64,000 bases of DNA from positions 3,104,001 to 3,168,000 of the forward strand of contig OY820579.1 in assembly GCA_963681965.1 (NCBI GenBank). Reading direction: 5' to 3'. Every line of letters begins with the position of its first letter. The stretch's first letter is position 1. Origin of the DNA: a bacterium. GTDB taxonomy: Bacteria; Electryoneota; JAOADG01. Made by a program: the position numbers and the translations under genes. Shown one piece after another: positions 29,689 to 39,280 of this stretch. A model generated the notes under the pieces. The model did no database searches, was not told the DNA's origin, and saw only the letters and a program-made list of their open reading frames with translations.

Positions 29689-29973
29689 ATTGCCGAACTG
29701 AGTGGCTCGATTTGATCACTTGCTTGAGATAAACCTACAGTTTATTGCTATTTGACCCGATATAACATCGGAAGAACTTTATAATTTTCATTAGTTTACA
29801 TATAACACTCTATTTCTTTTAAATCATTTATCATTGGATGACATTCATTGCGATTCTACTCATTCAACTGTATTCTGTAAATACCACTAAACTGATCGCA
29901 TTCGATTGCATGAACGGATCGGTAGTATTTCAATAGTTGTTCCGATCATTTACCATTTCACTGTGAGTTGAAT

Positions 29974-30618
29974 ATGATCGATTTTCGAACCATCGAGGCA
30001 GATTTTCACGCCGAATTGGCGATGTTAAATCAGCAAAACGCCGAAAAGATCCTAGTCGATGCTGCATCTCAATACCCGATCTCAGATTTCGTCCAGGATG
30101 TAATCGTCCCCCTGCTGGTAAAATTGGGGAATGAATGGGAACAAGGGAAATTGGCGTTGGCACACATTTACATGAGTGGAAAGATCTGTGAACGAATCAT
30201 CGATCGCCTGCTCCCACCAGCTTCCCCGAGTCGAATGAAAACGCCACTCATCGGTATCGCGGTACTTGAAGATTATCATTTACTTGGCAAGCGCATCGTG
30301 ATATCTGCCGTTCGGTCGGCAGGTTTCGATATTGTGGATCTGGGACACGGGATGAAGGCAAATCAATTGGTTGAAAAAACCGTCGCTCGAAATATTGACG
30401 TCCTGCTGATCTCGACGCTCATGCTCCCTTCTGCATTGAAAGTAAAGGACGTTCGAACCGCACTTAATATTTTAAAGCCGAATGTGAAGATTATCGTTGG
30501 GGGTGCTCCATTCCGGTTCGATGATGCGCTTTGGCAGGAAGTTGGAGCCGATGCAATGGGATTGAATGGATTCGATGCTCCCGAACTAATCGCACGATTT
30601 TCTCGAGGTGCAGCATGA
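29974..30618 (+). CDS. Cobalamin-binding (corrinoid) protein
   Basis: B12 cap domain LGNEWEQG, DYHLLGKRIV (DxHxxG), STLM, IVGGAPF; alternative TTG start at 29968. Confidence 0.9.
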   Translation: MIDFRTIEADFHAELAMLNQQNAEKILVDAASQYPISDFVQDVIVPLLVKLGNEWEQGKLALAHIYMSGKICERIIDRLLPPASPSRMKTPLIGIAVLEDYHLLGKRIVISAVRSAGFDIVDLGHGMKANQLVEKTVARNIDVLLISTLMLPSALKVKDVRTALNILKPNVKIIVGGAPFRFDDALWQEVGADAMGLNGFDAPELIARFSRGAA

Positions 30619-31667
30619 ACGAACAATATACTCCGATGCAACGGGTATTGACTGCACTGAGTCATAAAGAACCCGACCGCATCCCTTTTCTTCTGGGTCT
30701 TACTCTGCATGGTGCCAAAGAGACCGGTCTCACGATCAAGGATTATTTCAGTCATCCCGATCATGTTACTGCAGGTCAATTGCAGTTGCAGGCAAAGTAT
30801 CAGGATGATGGCGTCTATGGATTTTATTATGCAGCTGCGGAAATTCTCCCTTGGGGTGGTGAAATCATCTTTTCCGAGGATGGTCCACCCAATTCAGGAC
30901 GACCTCCGCTGCTCGATCTTGAATCGATCCTCAAGCTGAAAGCACCCAGCTATCGCGATGCACCAGTCTTGATGCACACGATTGAAACGATCAGACAATT
31001 GAAACATCAATTGGGTGAAACCATTCCGATTTTCGGCGTTGCGATTTCGCCATTCTCGCTGCCAGTGTTGCAATTGGGCTTCGATCACTATTTCGATATC
31101 ATGAGCGAACGGCACGATCTGTTCGACCGGTTAATGGAATTGAATCAAGCGTATTGTATTGAATGGGCGAATGCCCAACTGGAAGCCGGTGCTACGGCGA
31201 TCGTCTACTTCGATCCGGTATCGTCTCCGACCATTGTACCTCGGATTGAATATCTCAGAACCGGTTTTCAAATCGCTAAGAAAGTTATTCCGCAAATCAA
31301 GGGAGCTGTTGCTGTTCACTTTGCGTCAGGCAATACCTTTGGCATAGTAAACGATGTAGTGGATTCCGGTGCTCTGGTAGTGGGCGTTAGTTCGAAAGAA
31401 GATCTTGCAGAATTGAAAAAAGTTACCGCGGGTCGAATTGGGATCATCGGCAATTTGAATGCGATTCGAATGCGGCGCTGGACACCGGCTGAAACGGAAG
31501 CGGAAGTAAAATTTGCGATTGCTTCGGCTGGTCCCGGAGGCGGTTTTGTTTTATCCGACAACCATGGTGAGATTCCCTGGCAAGTACCGGATGAAGTTCT
31601 ATTCGCAATCGCCGAGAATGTCCGGAAATGGGGTCAATATCCTTTAACCTGGATTCATCAGAAATGA
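30615..31667 (+). CDS. URO-D superfamily / MtaA-CmuA (MT2)-like protein
   Basis: TPMQRVLTAL...EPDRIP, QLEAGA, DPVSS, IIGNL, GGGFVLS; ATGA overlap with upstream gene. Confidence 0.85.
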   Translation: MNEQYTPMQRVLTALSHKEPDRIPFLLGLTLHGAKETGLTIKDYFSHPDHVTAGQLQLQAKYQDDGVYGFYYAAAEILPWGGEIIFSEDGPPNSGRPPLLDLESILKLKAPSYRDAPVLMHTIETIRQLKHQLGETIPIFGVAISPFSLPVLQLGFDHYFDIMSERHDLFDRLMELNQAYCIEWANAQLEAGATAIVYFDPVSSPTIVPRIEYLRTGFQIAKKVIPQIKGAVAVHFASGNTFGIVNDVVDSGALVVGVSSKEDLAELKKVTAGRIGIIGNLNAIRMRRWTPAETEAEVKFAIASAGPGGGFVLSDNHGEIPWQVPDEVLFAIAENVRKWGQYPLTWIHQK

Positions 31668-32956
31668 AATCGAAAATTGGATTGATTGTTTGTCCATTTC
31701 TGCGAACTGAACTCGAGCTGGCAGCAAAAGACGATTTCTTTAAAGGGATGGAAATCCTCCACGCACCGCTCAATTGCAATGCTCGAAACAATGACAAAGA
31801 ACGGTTCAAACAGTGGCTGGAAAAAAACTGTGAAGACTTCGAAGTGATCTTCTCGATCGGATGTCGCTGTATCAATTTCGATTTCGTCGAAACTAGCAAT
31901 CTGAAAGCCAAAATCAAGTATCTCTCCAGTGAACAATGTATGGATGTGCTGGCTGGCAAAGCCTTCATCCGACAGTTACTTGCCGATGGGGCTTATCTGA
32001 CAACCCCCGGCTGGATTGCCAACTGGCAGAAATACATCCATGAATGGGGATTTACCTCGGATACAGTCGGAGAATTCCTGCGGGAGACTACTAAAAAAAT
32101 AGTACTGCTTGATACCGGAATTGATCCCGACGCTGAAAAGAAAGCCCAGCGATTTGCCGCCTGTTGCGAACTCCCCTGCGAAATTCATCAGGTCGGCTTT
32201 GAAGGTCTGATTGCCCACTTACGCGGATTATCTGCCGAAACGGTGTTAGCCCAGCGACAACAGGAACATATCGCACAATTGAAAGCCACCACTTCGCGCT
32301 CCGCCGAATACGCCATGATCTTCGATCTCTTTGCCGACCTCTCCAGCATGGATACGGAAGAAAATGTAATCGATCGCTTTCTGATGATGTTCCAAGGATT
32401 ATTTGCACCACAGACGTTACGGTTTTACGCCTTGCATTCATTTATCAACGATACGATCTATTCAATTGGAGAAACCACGACATCGGCGGAGAGCTGCAAA
32501 CAAATTCAACAGGAACTACCTTCCGGTTTCGAAGATAAAATTCTCGATAACCGTCTCTTGATAGAAATCCGCTTTAAGGATGAGCGACTCGGTATTCTCG
32601 AAATCGATCATTTCACTTTTCCGGAATATATCCATCGCTATCGCGATCTTGCCAGAACCATCGGTACCGTCTTTGGATTGGCATTGGCAAATTCACGCAA
32701 CTATTACCGGTTGGAAGCGACGAATACCGAACTCATCAATACTTTGGATCAGGTGAAAACGTTGCGGGGATTGCTTCCAATCTGCGCCTCCTGCAAGAAA
32801 ATCCGCGACGACACCGGGTATTGGAACAGTATCGAAGCCTATTTGTCGAGTCATTCAGAAGTCGAGTTTACTCACAGTCTGTGTCAGGATTGCGTCGAAA
32901 AACTATATCCGGAATTATTTCATAAACAAATCGATCGAACTGTAGAAGACGATTAA
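31664..32956 (+). CDS. DUF1638-like domain + GAF-like region + coiled coil + C-terminal Cys/His domain
   Basis: VCPF, GCRC, QCMDVLAG, YLTTPGW, LLDTG (DUF1638-like); LALANSR helix; LLPICASCKKIRDD.GYW...FTHSLCQDC. Confidence 0.72.
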   Translation: MKSKIGLIVCPFLRTELELAAKDDFFKGMEILHAPLNCNARNNDKERFKQWLEKNCEDFEVIFSIGCRCINFDFVETSNLKAKIKYLSSEQCMDVLAGKAFIRQLLADGAYLTTPGWIANWQKYIHEWGFTSDTVGEFLRETTKKIVLLDTGIDPDAEKKAQRFAACCELPCEIHQVGFEGLIAHLRGLSAETVLAQRQQEHIAQLKATTSRSAEYAMIFDLFADLSSMDTEENVIDRFLMMFQGLFAPQTLRFYALHSFINDTIYSIGETTTSAESCKQIQQELPSGFEDKILDNRLLIEIRFKDERLGILEIDHFTFPEYIHRYRDLARTIGTVFGLALANSRNYYRLEATNTELINTLDQVKTLRGLLPICASCKKIRDDTGYWNSIEAYLSSHSEVEFTHSLCQDCVEKLYPELFHKQIDRTVEDD

Positions 32957-33029
32957 TAGACTAAATGTCTGTTTTTATACACAAACAATACCAAATTCTT
33001 TCGCCCAATATTTACTTAAATTCGACCCG

Positions 33030-33058
33030 TTGCATTTCGCAGAAAAAAAACATAAATT
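33030..33058 (+). promoter_or_regulatory. Sigma70-type promoter of tRNA-Leu
   Basis: TTGCAT-17 bp-TAAATT. Confidence 0.55.
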
Positions 33059-33074
33059 ACTGCCCTACTGTTCA

Positions 33075-33161
33075 GCCGGGGTGGTGGAACTGGTAGACGC
33101 AGTGGACTCAAAATCCACCGAGCGCAAGCTCATGCCGGTTCGAGTCCGGCCCTCGGCACCA
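33075..33161 (+). tRNA. tRNA-Leu(CAA)
   Basis: GCCGGGG acceptor, anticodon arm GTGGA-CTCAAAA-TCCAC, long variable arm, GTTCGAG, encoded CCA. Confidence 0.96.
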
Positions 33162-33164
33162 ATC

Positions 33165-33195
33165 AGACGTATCGATCCATCGATACGTCTTTTTT
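33165..33195 (+). terminator. Intrinsic terminator after tRNA-Leu
   Basis: AGACGTATCGA-TCCA-TCGATACGTCT followed by TTTTT. Confidence 0.8.
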
Positions 33196-33370
33196 CTTGA
33201 CTTCGATTTGTCCATCCATCACATAATTCCTCACCGATTCTGCTATGAATCGTTGCAAAATCTTGCCATAAACCATTATTATATATTGTTAGATTCTGTT
33301 CATACTTGGATTCGATCAATAACTTAATCTAAGTAAAGAATCAATAGTCATTTAACAAGGCGGTATCGCT

Positions 33371-36300
33371 ATGCAACTCCGAACGCGCTCAGTGAATACG
33401 GATCCCTTCGATCGATCGATCCGGGATCATTCATTGACCTTTGGAAAATCCGGTAGCTGTGATTTCGGCACCGTGGGACGGTTTCTGATCGCAGCTCTGT
33501 TGGCGTTGTTGAGTACAGTTTCGATAGCATCGACCAATTCTGTCGATGAGATCAATACTGTTCTATTCAGCACCGGATTTGAAAGCACCTTTCCCCCTCC
33601 CGGCTGGGTGATCGGCGACGGTGGTGTACCGAATAACACCGGCTATCATTGGGGTCTAAATACCGTAAATGCGCAAACTGGAACCTATAGCGCATTCTGT
33701 GCGAGCAACGACGATACCGGCGCTTGGACTTACTTGCACAGTATGCGCAAAGTACTGCAAACACCGACCTTCGATCTTTCCGCCGCAGTGGCATCGATGT
33801 TGCATTTCTCCGTCTGGATGAATACCGAAGCTGATAACGATCAACTCATTGTTGCGATCCGCGATCCTCGCGGAATATGGCAGAATTTGCGGATATTAAG
33901 CGGTTCGGCACAGTCGTGGCAAACCTTCGATGTTTCATTGTGGAATTACATCGGTCAAAATGGTGTGGCGATTCAATTTGTGTTCACTTCCAACGGGAGT
34001 ACAATCCCTACCGGTAATGCCGGTGTCTGGTTGGACAATGTTTCGCTTGAAGCCAACCTCGCTACAGTTGGTGTGACACTTACCAACCCGACCGGTGGTG
34101 AAAACTGGGGCGTTGGGTCGAGACAGGAAATTACCTGGTACGCTAACGGATTCGGTGCCAATGACAATATGAATGTCGAAATCAATCGTGAATATTCCGG
34201 CGGCACTTGGACGTTACTCGGTACGGTTCCGAATTCCGGTTCTTTTCCTTGGACAGTCACCAACCCGATTGGATCGACCAATCGCATCAAAGTCTATCCG
34301 CAAAGCAATGCATCGATCTATGGAATGTCGACGAGCAACTTTACCATTTCCGGCGGTGTGACTCCAGTTATTCAAGTCACTACCCCGGCTGGAGGCGAAC
34401 ATTGGTATACCGGCGAGCAACATACGATCCAATGGACATCGACCAACTTAACCGATAATGTTCAAATCGATCTGAAAGCCGATACGACAACAACAGTTCA
34501 TATCACGAATTCGACACCTAATTCCGGTTCTTACACTTGGTCGATACCGACTGGACTAGTAGCTAGCACTGCTTATCGGATTTACATCAGTAACGCCACC
34601 TCCCCGGTTACCGCTGATGATTACAGCAGTTACTTCTCAATTGCTGCCGGACAGGTGAATTACACAATTTCCGGGTATGTACGCGATTCGCAATCGAATG
34701 GTATCAGCGGTGTTTCGATTTCCGGTATGACGAATACCGTGACCACAGATCAGAACGGATACTATTCAGGATCGGTCTCCTCCGACTGGTCGGGTACATT
34801 AACACCGTCGCTTACCGGATATACTTTCTCGCCGCAAACGATTACTCTATCCCACGTCACATCCAATCAGACATCGCAGAATTTTACTGCAACACCAACA
34901 GGATCTTCAATAACTATTTCGGGATATGTTCGAAATTCGGCTTCGAATGCGATTAGTGGTGTAACAATCTCCGGACTACCGGGTATCGTCCAGACTGATA
35001 ACAACGGTTTCTATAGTGCCACCGTCTCAAGCGGGTGGTCAGGTACGGTCACACCATCACTATCCGGATGGACATTCGCCCCGACGAATCGAACCTATAA
35101 CGGTATAACGGTATCGCAGTCAAGCCAAAACTACACTGCGACTCAAGTATCGATCACGTATTTTATCAGTGGGTATGTTCGCGATACCAATTCACAGCCG
35201 ATTGCGAATGTCGTGATGTCAGGCTTCCCAAACTACGTTACAACTGATGCCAATGGATTTTATCAAACTTTCATGGCGACCGGTTGGAGCGGAACAGTAA
35301 CACCGCAGTTAACCGGTTACTCATTTGTCCCGGACCATTACACCTACACCGCTTTAACAGGTAATCTATCGGGTCAAAATTACACTGGAACGCTTGCGAC
35401 TTCGGTAATAATCTCCGGGTACATCCGCAATTCCTCGTCGAATCCAATCAGTGGTGTGACGCTTTCGGGTCTGCCCGGAACAATTCAATCGGATAATGAT
35501 GGATTTTATAGCGCAACGGTCTCGAGTGGATGGTCGGGAACAGTCACACCGACGCTGTCCGGATGGTCCTTCGCACCCACTAACCGTACCTATAGCAGTG
35601 TAACGACATCGCAATTCAATCAGAATTTCACTGCCACGCAAGTATCCATCACATATTTTATTAGTGGTCATGTCCGAAACAGTAGTTCTCAACCCATCGC
35701 GAACGTCGTGATGTCCGGTTTTCCGAGTTACGTTGCCACCGATACCGCCGGTTTTTATCAAACGTTCTTAGCAATGGGCTGGAGTGGTACGGTAACACCA
35801 CAACTGACCGGTTATACTTTTTCACCCGATCATATCACGTTCTCGGCGTTGACTGGTAACCAGACTGCCCAGAATTTCACCGCGACGCTCAGCACCACCG
35901 CAATCATTTCCGGAATCATTCGCGATCAAAATTTAATTCCCATTGCCGGCGTAGCCATGGCAGGATTCCCCGGATCCATTGTTACCAATGCATCGGGAGT
36001 ATATACCGTCACCCTTAGTCGGGGATGGTCGGGAACTGTTACTCCGCAATTAGTCGGTTGGAATTTCACTCCGTCGGGTCGAACCTATTTCAATGTCTCT
36101 GGATCGCAAACCACCGAAAATTATTCCGGGACGCCAAACGGACTAGCTTTTACGATCTCCGGTTTTATCCGCGATGTAAATTCGGTGCCCATCTCCGGTG
36201 TTGCGATGACCGGTTTTCCATCGACCATCCTTAGCGATACTTCCGGATACTATATCGGCACAGTACCGCGAAATTGGTCGGGTGCGATTTCACCACAAGC

Positions 36301-38503
36301 GACGGGGCGTAACTTTGAACCGGTATCGCGTAGCTATTCGAACATCACGTCCAATGTGGTAAATAACAATTATACTGCCGTATCGGCAATCCAGTATATC
36401 GTCTCGGGACACGTTTTAACTTCATCTGGCACAGCCGTATCGGGTGTAGAGCTTACCGGCTATCCATATTCGGTCGTAACCGATCAAAATGGTTCTTATT
36501 CCGCATTAGTGCATTCCGGTTGGAACGGTCTCATTGTTCCGCGATTGACGGGATACTCGTTCACACCGGTTTTCCGAAACTACACGGGCGTTGTCGCAAA
36601 TATGGCGAATGAAGATTTCGTTGCGACTGTAATTCCAACATTCACTATTTCTGGATATGTCCGGTATGCTTCGGGACGAGCACTTCGTAACGTCCAGTTG
36701 AAAGGTCTACCGAGCACTGTTCGCACCGATTCGACCGGATTTTATACCGCGACGGTCAGTTCTGGTTGGTCGGGCGCAATCTCGCCAACTCGAAGTGGAT
36801 GGATTTTTCAACCACCTTCTCGGGGATACACGAATCTGACCACGGGAAGAAGCGATCAAAATTATACCTGTTTGGAATCGTCACTGGATATCGGCGGGTA
36901 CATCCACAATTCTCGATCGGAACCATTGGCAGACGTTCGGTTATTTGGGTTACCCGGAGTTGTCGTAACCGATTCAAATGGCGATTACACCATCACGATT
37001 CCCCAGAATTGGACGGGAACAGTCACACCCCAACTTGAGGGGTGGAACTTCACTCCCTCTTCGCGAAGCTACACCAACTATGACACTTCGCATTACAACG
37101 AAGGTTTCGCTGCGACCGCCACAAGCAATGTAATCGTCTCCGGATATATTCAGGAGGCGAATAATCTGGGTACCCGCAATGTTTCGATCTCGGGTTTCCC
37201 AATGACTGTCTATTGTGATCAAAGCGGGTATTACTCTTGTGCGGTTCCCAATAATTGGAGTGGAACCATTTCACCGCAATCACAGCATTGGTCGTTCTTC
37301 CCACCGACACGCGCATTTTACTTATTGACCAGCAGCTCCCCGTATGAGAACTTCACAGCATCGCGAACCGAGTATGAAATTGCCGGAACAATCCTCGATA
37401 CAGCAGGAGAGGCGATGGCAGGATTGTCGATCAGTGGCTTTCCTACGACCGTGGTCACGCAAAATGATGGTACCTATTCGGTATTCATTTCAAACGGCTG
37501 GAGTGGCGTCGTAACGCCAGCATCGATGCGTCACTCATTTGCCCCGGTTACGCGAACTTATACCAATGTTCAAAGTGACATATTGACCGAGGATTATGTT
37601 GCGACACCATTATTCATCAGCATTGATTATCCAAATGGACCCGGTATCACCTGGAGTACCGCAACCAATCAATTTATCTCCTGGTTTGGAGGAACCCCGG
37701 GTGGGACGGTTACAATCGAATTGAATCGCAATTATCCCACCGGCACTTGGTCGACAATCCGTCAGGGCACTGGAAGCAGTTCCCAGATTTCCAACACCGG
37801 TCGTTTCGACTGGCTGGTATATGGTCCACGGTGCGAAGCATCGGCGCGGTTCCGCATTACCGACAATACGACGCAACTCCAAGCGATGAGTAATTTCAAT
37901 CTTCAGATCAACGATGTATCGATCAATCGACCGACGGCATCCGATATTTGGCTTTACCATGGCACTGGAATCATCGATTGGGATATCAACCAGCAACCAA
38001 ATTTACCGGTCGATATTATTCTCGTACGGGATGGTACTTGGATTCCTATCATTCGCAATACCGCGAATTCCGGTCATTACGAATGGTTTGTCACGGCGCA
38101 GCAATCGGCGAATTGCCAAGTGTACGTCAAATCGGTCGGCGACAATGACTATACACGTTTCGCCACATCGCCAACATTTACGATCCTCGGTTTTGATGCC
38201 GGTGCAAATGAAACATCCCTACCGAAGCAGTTTGCCATGCATCCCGCCAGTCCAAATCCGTTCAATTCCACCGTCTCTTTCCGGGTCGATCTCCCGACGC
38301 GTGCCGTGACGGAATTCGTGATCTACGATGTTCGCGGAGCAACGGTTAGGGAACAACGCCTCGGAACGATGAATCCGGGAACATACCAGTTCCAATGGGA
38401 TGGCAGAAATCAAACCGGAAACAGTGTCCCTTCCGGGCTGTACATCGTGCATCTGCGCAGTGGCGAACACCAAGCCTTACAGAAAGTAGTACTTGTAAAG
38501 TAG
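33371..38503 (+). CDS. Large secreted surface protein: MAM/adhesin-like domain, Ser/Thr-rich Ig-like domains, 12 tandem beta-sandwich repeats, T9SS/FlgD-like C-terminal domain
   Basis: Hydrophobic signal segment; GFESTFPP..GVWLDNV; PTGGENW/PAGGEHW domains; ISGYVR...WSGTVTP repeats; PNPFN...IYDVRG...WDGRN...PSGLY...KVVLVK; true start may lie downstream. Confidence 0.85.
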   Translation: MQLRTRSVNTDPFDRSIRDHSLTFGKSGSCDFGTVGRFLIAALLALLSTVSIASTNSVDEINTVLFSTGFESTFPPPGWVIGDGGVPNNTGYHWGLNTVNAQTGTYSAFCASNDDTGAWTYLHSMRKVLQTPTFDLSAAVASMLHFSVWMNTEADNDQLIVAIRDPRGIWQNLRILSGSAQSWQTFDVSLWNYIGQNGVAIQFVFTSNGSTIPTGNAGVWLDNVSLEANLATVGVTLTNPTGGENWGVGSRQEITWYANGFGANDNMNVEINREYSGGTWTLLGTVPNSGSFPWTVTNPIGSTNRIKVYPQSNASIYGMSTSNFTISGGVTPVIQVTTPAGGEHWYTGEQHTIQWTSTNLTDNVQIDLKADTTTTVHITNSTPNSGSYTWSIPTGLVASTAYRIYISNATSPVTADDYSSYFSIAAGQVNYTISGYVRDSQSNGISGVSISGMTNTVTTDQNGYYSGSVSSDWSGTLTPSLTGYTFSPQTITLSHVTSNQTSQNFTATPTGSSITISGYVRNSASNAISGVTISGLPGIVQTDNNGFYSATVSSGWSGTVTPSLSGWTFAPTNRTYNGITVSQSSQNYTATQVSITYFISGYVRDTNSQPIANVVMSGFPNYVTTDANGFYQTFMATGWSGTVTPQLTGYSFVPDHYTYTALTGNLSGQNYTGTLATSVIISGYIRNSSSNPISGVTLSGLPGTIQSDNDGFYSATVSSGWSGTVTPTLSGWSFAPTNRTYSSVTTSQFNQNFTATQVSITYFISGHVRNSSSQPIANVVMSGFPSYVATDTAGFYQTFLAMGWSGTVTPQLTGYTFSPDHITFSALTGNQTAQNFTATLSTTAIISGIIRDQNLIPIAGVAMAGFPGSIVTNASGVYTVTLSRGWSGTVTPQLVGWNFTPSGRTYFNVSGSQTTENYSGTPNGLAFTISGFIRDVNSVPISGVAMTGFPSTILSDTSGYYIGTVPRNWSGAISPQATGRNFEPVSRSYSNITSNVVNNNYTAVSAIQYIVSGHVLTSSGTAVSGVELTGYPYSVVTDQNGSYSALVHSGWNGLIVPRLTGYSFTPVFRNYTGVVANMANEDFVATVIPTFTISGYVRYASGRALRNVQLKGLPSTVRTDSTGFYTATVSSGWSGAISPTRSGWIFQPPSRGYTNLTTGRSDQNYTCLESSLDIGGYIHNSRSEPLADVRLFGLPGVVVTDSNGDYTITIPQNWTGTVTPQLEGWNFTPSSRSYTNYDTSHYNEGFAATATSNVIVSGYIQEANNLGTRNVSISGFPMTVYCDQSGYYSCAVPNNWSGTISPQSQHWSFFPPTRAFYLLTSSSPYENFTASRTEYEIAGTILDTAGEAMAGLSISGFPTTVVTQNDGTYSVFISNGWSGVVTPASMRHSFAPVTRTYTNVQSDILTEDYVATPLFISIDYPNGPGITWSTATNQFISWFGGTPGGTVTIELNRNYPTGTWSTIRQGTGSSSQISNTGRFDWLVYGPRCEASARFRITDNTTQLQAMSNFNLQINDVSINRPTASDIWLYHGTGIIDWDINQQPNLPVDIILVRDGTWIPIIRNTANSGHYEWFVTAQQSANCQVYVKSVGDNDYTRFATSPTFTILGFDAGANETSLPKQFAMHPASPNPFNSTVSFRVDLPTRAVTEFVIYDVRGATVREQRLGTMNPGTYQFQWDGRNQTGNSVPSGLYIVHLRSGEHQALQKVVLVK
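34661..37605 (+). repeat. 12 intragenic tandem repeats of about 82 aa
   Basis: Consensus xISGYVRD....I.GV..SG.P..V.TD.NG.Y...V..GWSGTVTP...G..F.P..R.Y.......N(F/Y)TA. Confidence 0.9.
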
Positions 38504-38528
38504 TAAATTAACACCATTTCAGGAATTT

Positions 38529-38557
38529 AAACACCGAAGCAATTCGGTGTTTTTTTT
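38529..38557 (+). terminator. Intrinsic terminator
   Basis: AAACACCGAA-GCAA-TTCGGTGTTT plus T tract. Confidence 0.82.
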
Positions 38558-38573
38558 CTCTATAATCGATGTC

Positions 38574-38622
38574 TTGACATCGGTGACAGGATAATATATA
38601 TTATTAACTAACTGGTTAGTTA
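38574..38622 (+). promoter_or_regulatory. Sigma70 promoter with probable TetR operator
   Basis: TTGACA-17 bp-TATATT; palindrome TAACTAAC-TG-GTTAGTTA (38605-38622) over the start site; GGAGG RBS downstream. Confidence 0.75.
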
Positions 38623-38640
38623 TTTATAACTGGAGGAAAT

Positions 38641-39273
38641 ATGCCCCGTACCGGTGGAGAAAAATCACGATTGAAAATCTTGCACGCTGCTGAATATCTG
38701 TTTTCCGAATACGGATTCGACGCCACAAGTGTCGATAAAATCGCGGAAAAGGCTAATGTGAATAAGGCAATGATCTATTATCATTTCAAAAACAAGGATG
38801 ATCTGATTGCTGCACTCTTTACAAGTGTCATCGAACAGATTACTGCGGCTAGTTCTTCGGCTCTTGTCGCTTCCCGAACCACCGGAGAAGCATCGATTGC
38901 TAAAAAAGTAGAATCCGAACTCATCCAAATGACTCGATGGAAGAAAATCCTTTCGGTTCTTCTGATGGAAGCACTAAAAGGGAAGAAGAGCAGCACTGCT
39001 TTGTTTCGATGTGCCGATTTGGCATTAGCCAATGAACGTGAAACTCAACAGTCTGATGACCATACTTCGTCGCCAATTGCACCAAGCGTTAGAAACCATA
39101 CCTTCGAATTCTTTTCTGGATTTATTCCGATGATGACGTTCATTGTGATGCAGGACGCTTGGTGTAAATACTACCATTTCGAGAAATCGAAAGCAACCGA
39201 AGCGTTTATCGACGTCTTCATCGAAACGCATTTGAGGGCACATCGTCAATTCGACACTACCACAAATATCTGA
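38641..39273 (+). CDS. TetR/AcrR family regulator
   Basis: ILHAAEYLFSEYGFDATSVDKIA...IYYHFKNKDDL HTH. Confidence 0.95.
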   Translation: MPRTGGEKSRLKILHAAEYLFSEYGFDATSVDKIAEKANVNKAMIYYHFKNKDDLIAALFTSVIEQITAASSSALVASRTTGEASIAKKVESELIQMTRWKKILSVLLMEALKGKKSSTALFRCADLALANERETQQSDDHTSSPIAPSVRNHTFEFFSGFIPMMTFIVMQDAWCKYYHFEKSKATEAFIDVFIETHLRAHRQFDTTTNI

Positions 39274-39280
39274 GGCAATA

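Noticed and set aside
29700-29970. Cobalamin riboswitch upstream of the corrinoid gene
   Set aside because: AT-rich sequence with no recognisable B12-box or GGGAA/GCCACTG core.
34661-37605. CRISPR array or non-coding tandem repeat
   Set aside because: The repeats are degenerate, in-frame protein domains of about 246 nt with no repeat-spacer pattern; no cas genes in the window.
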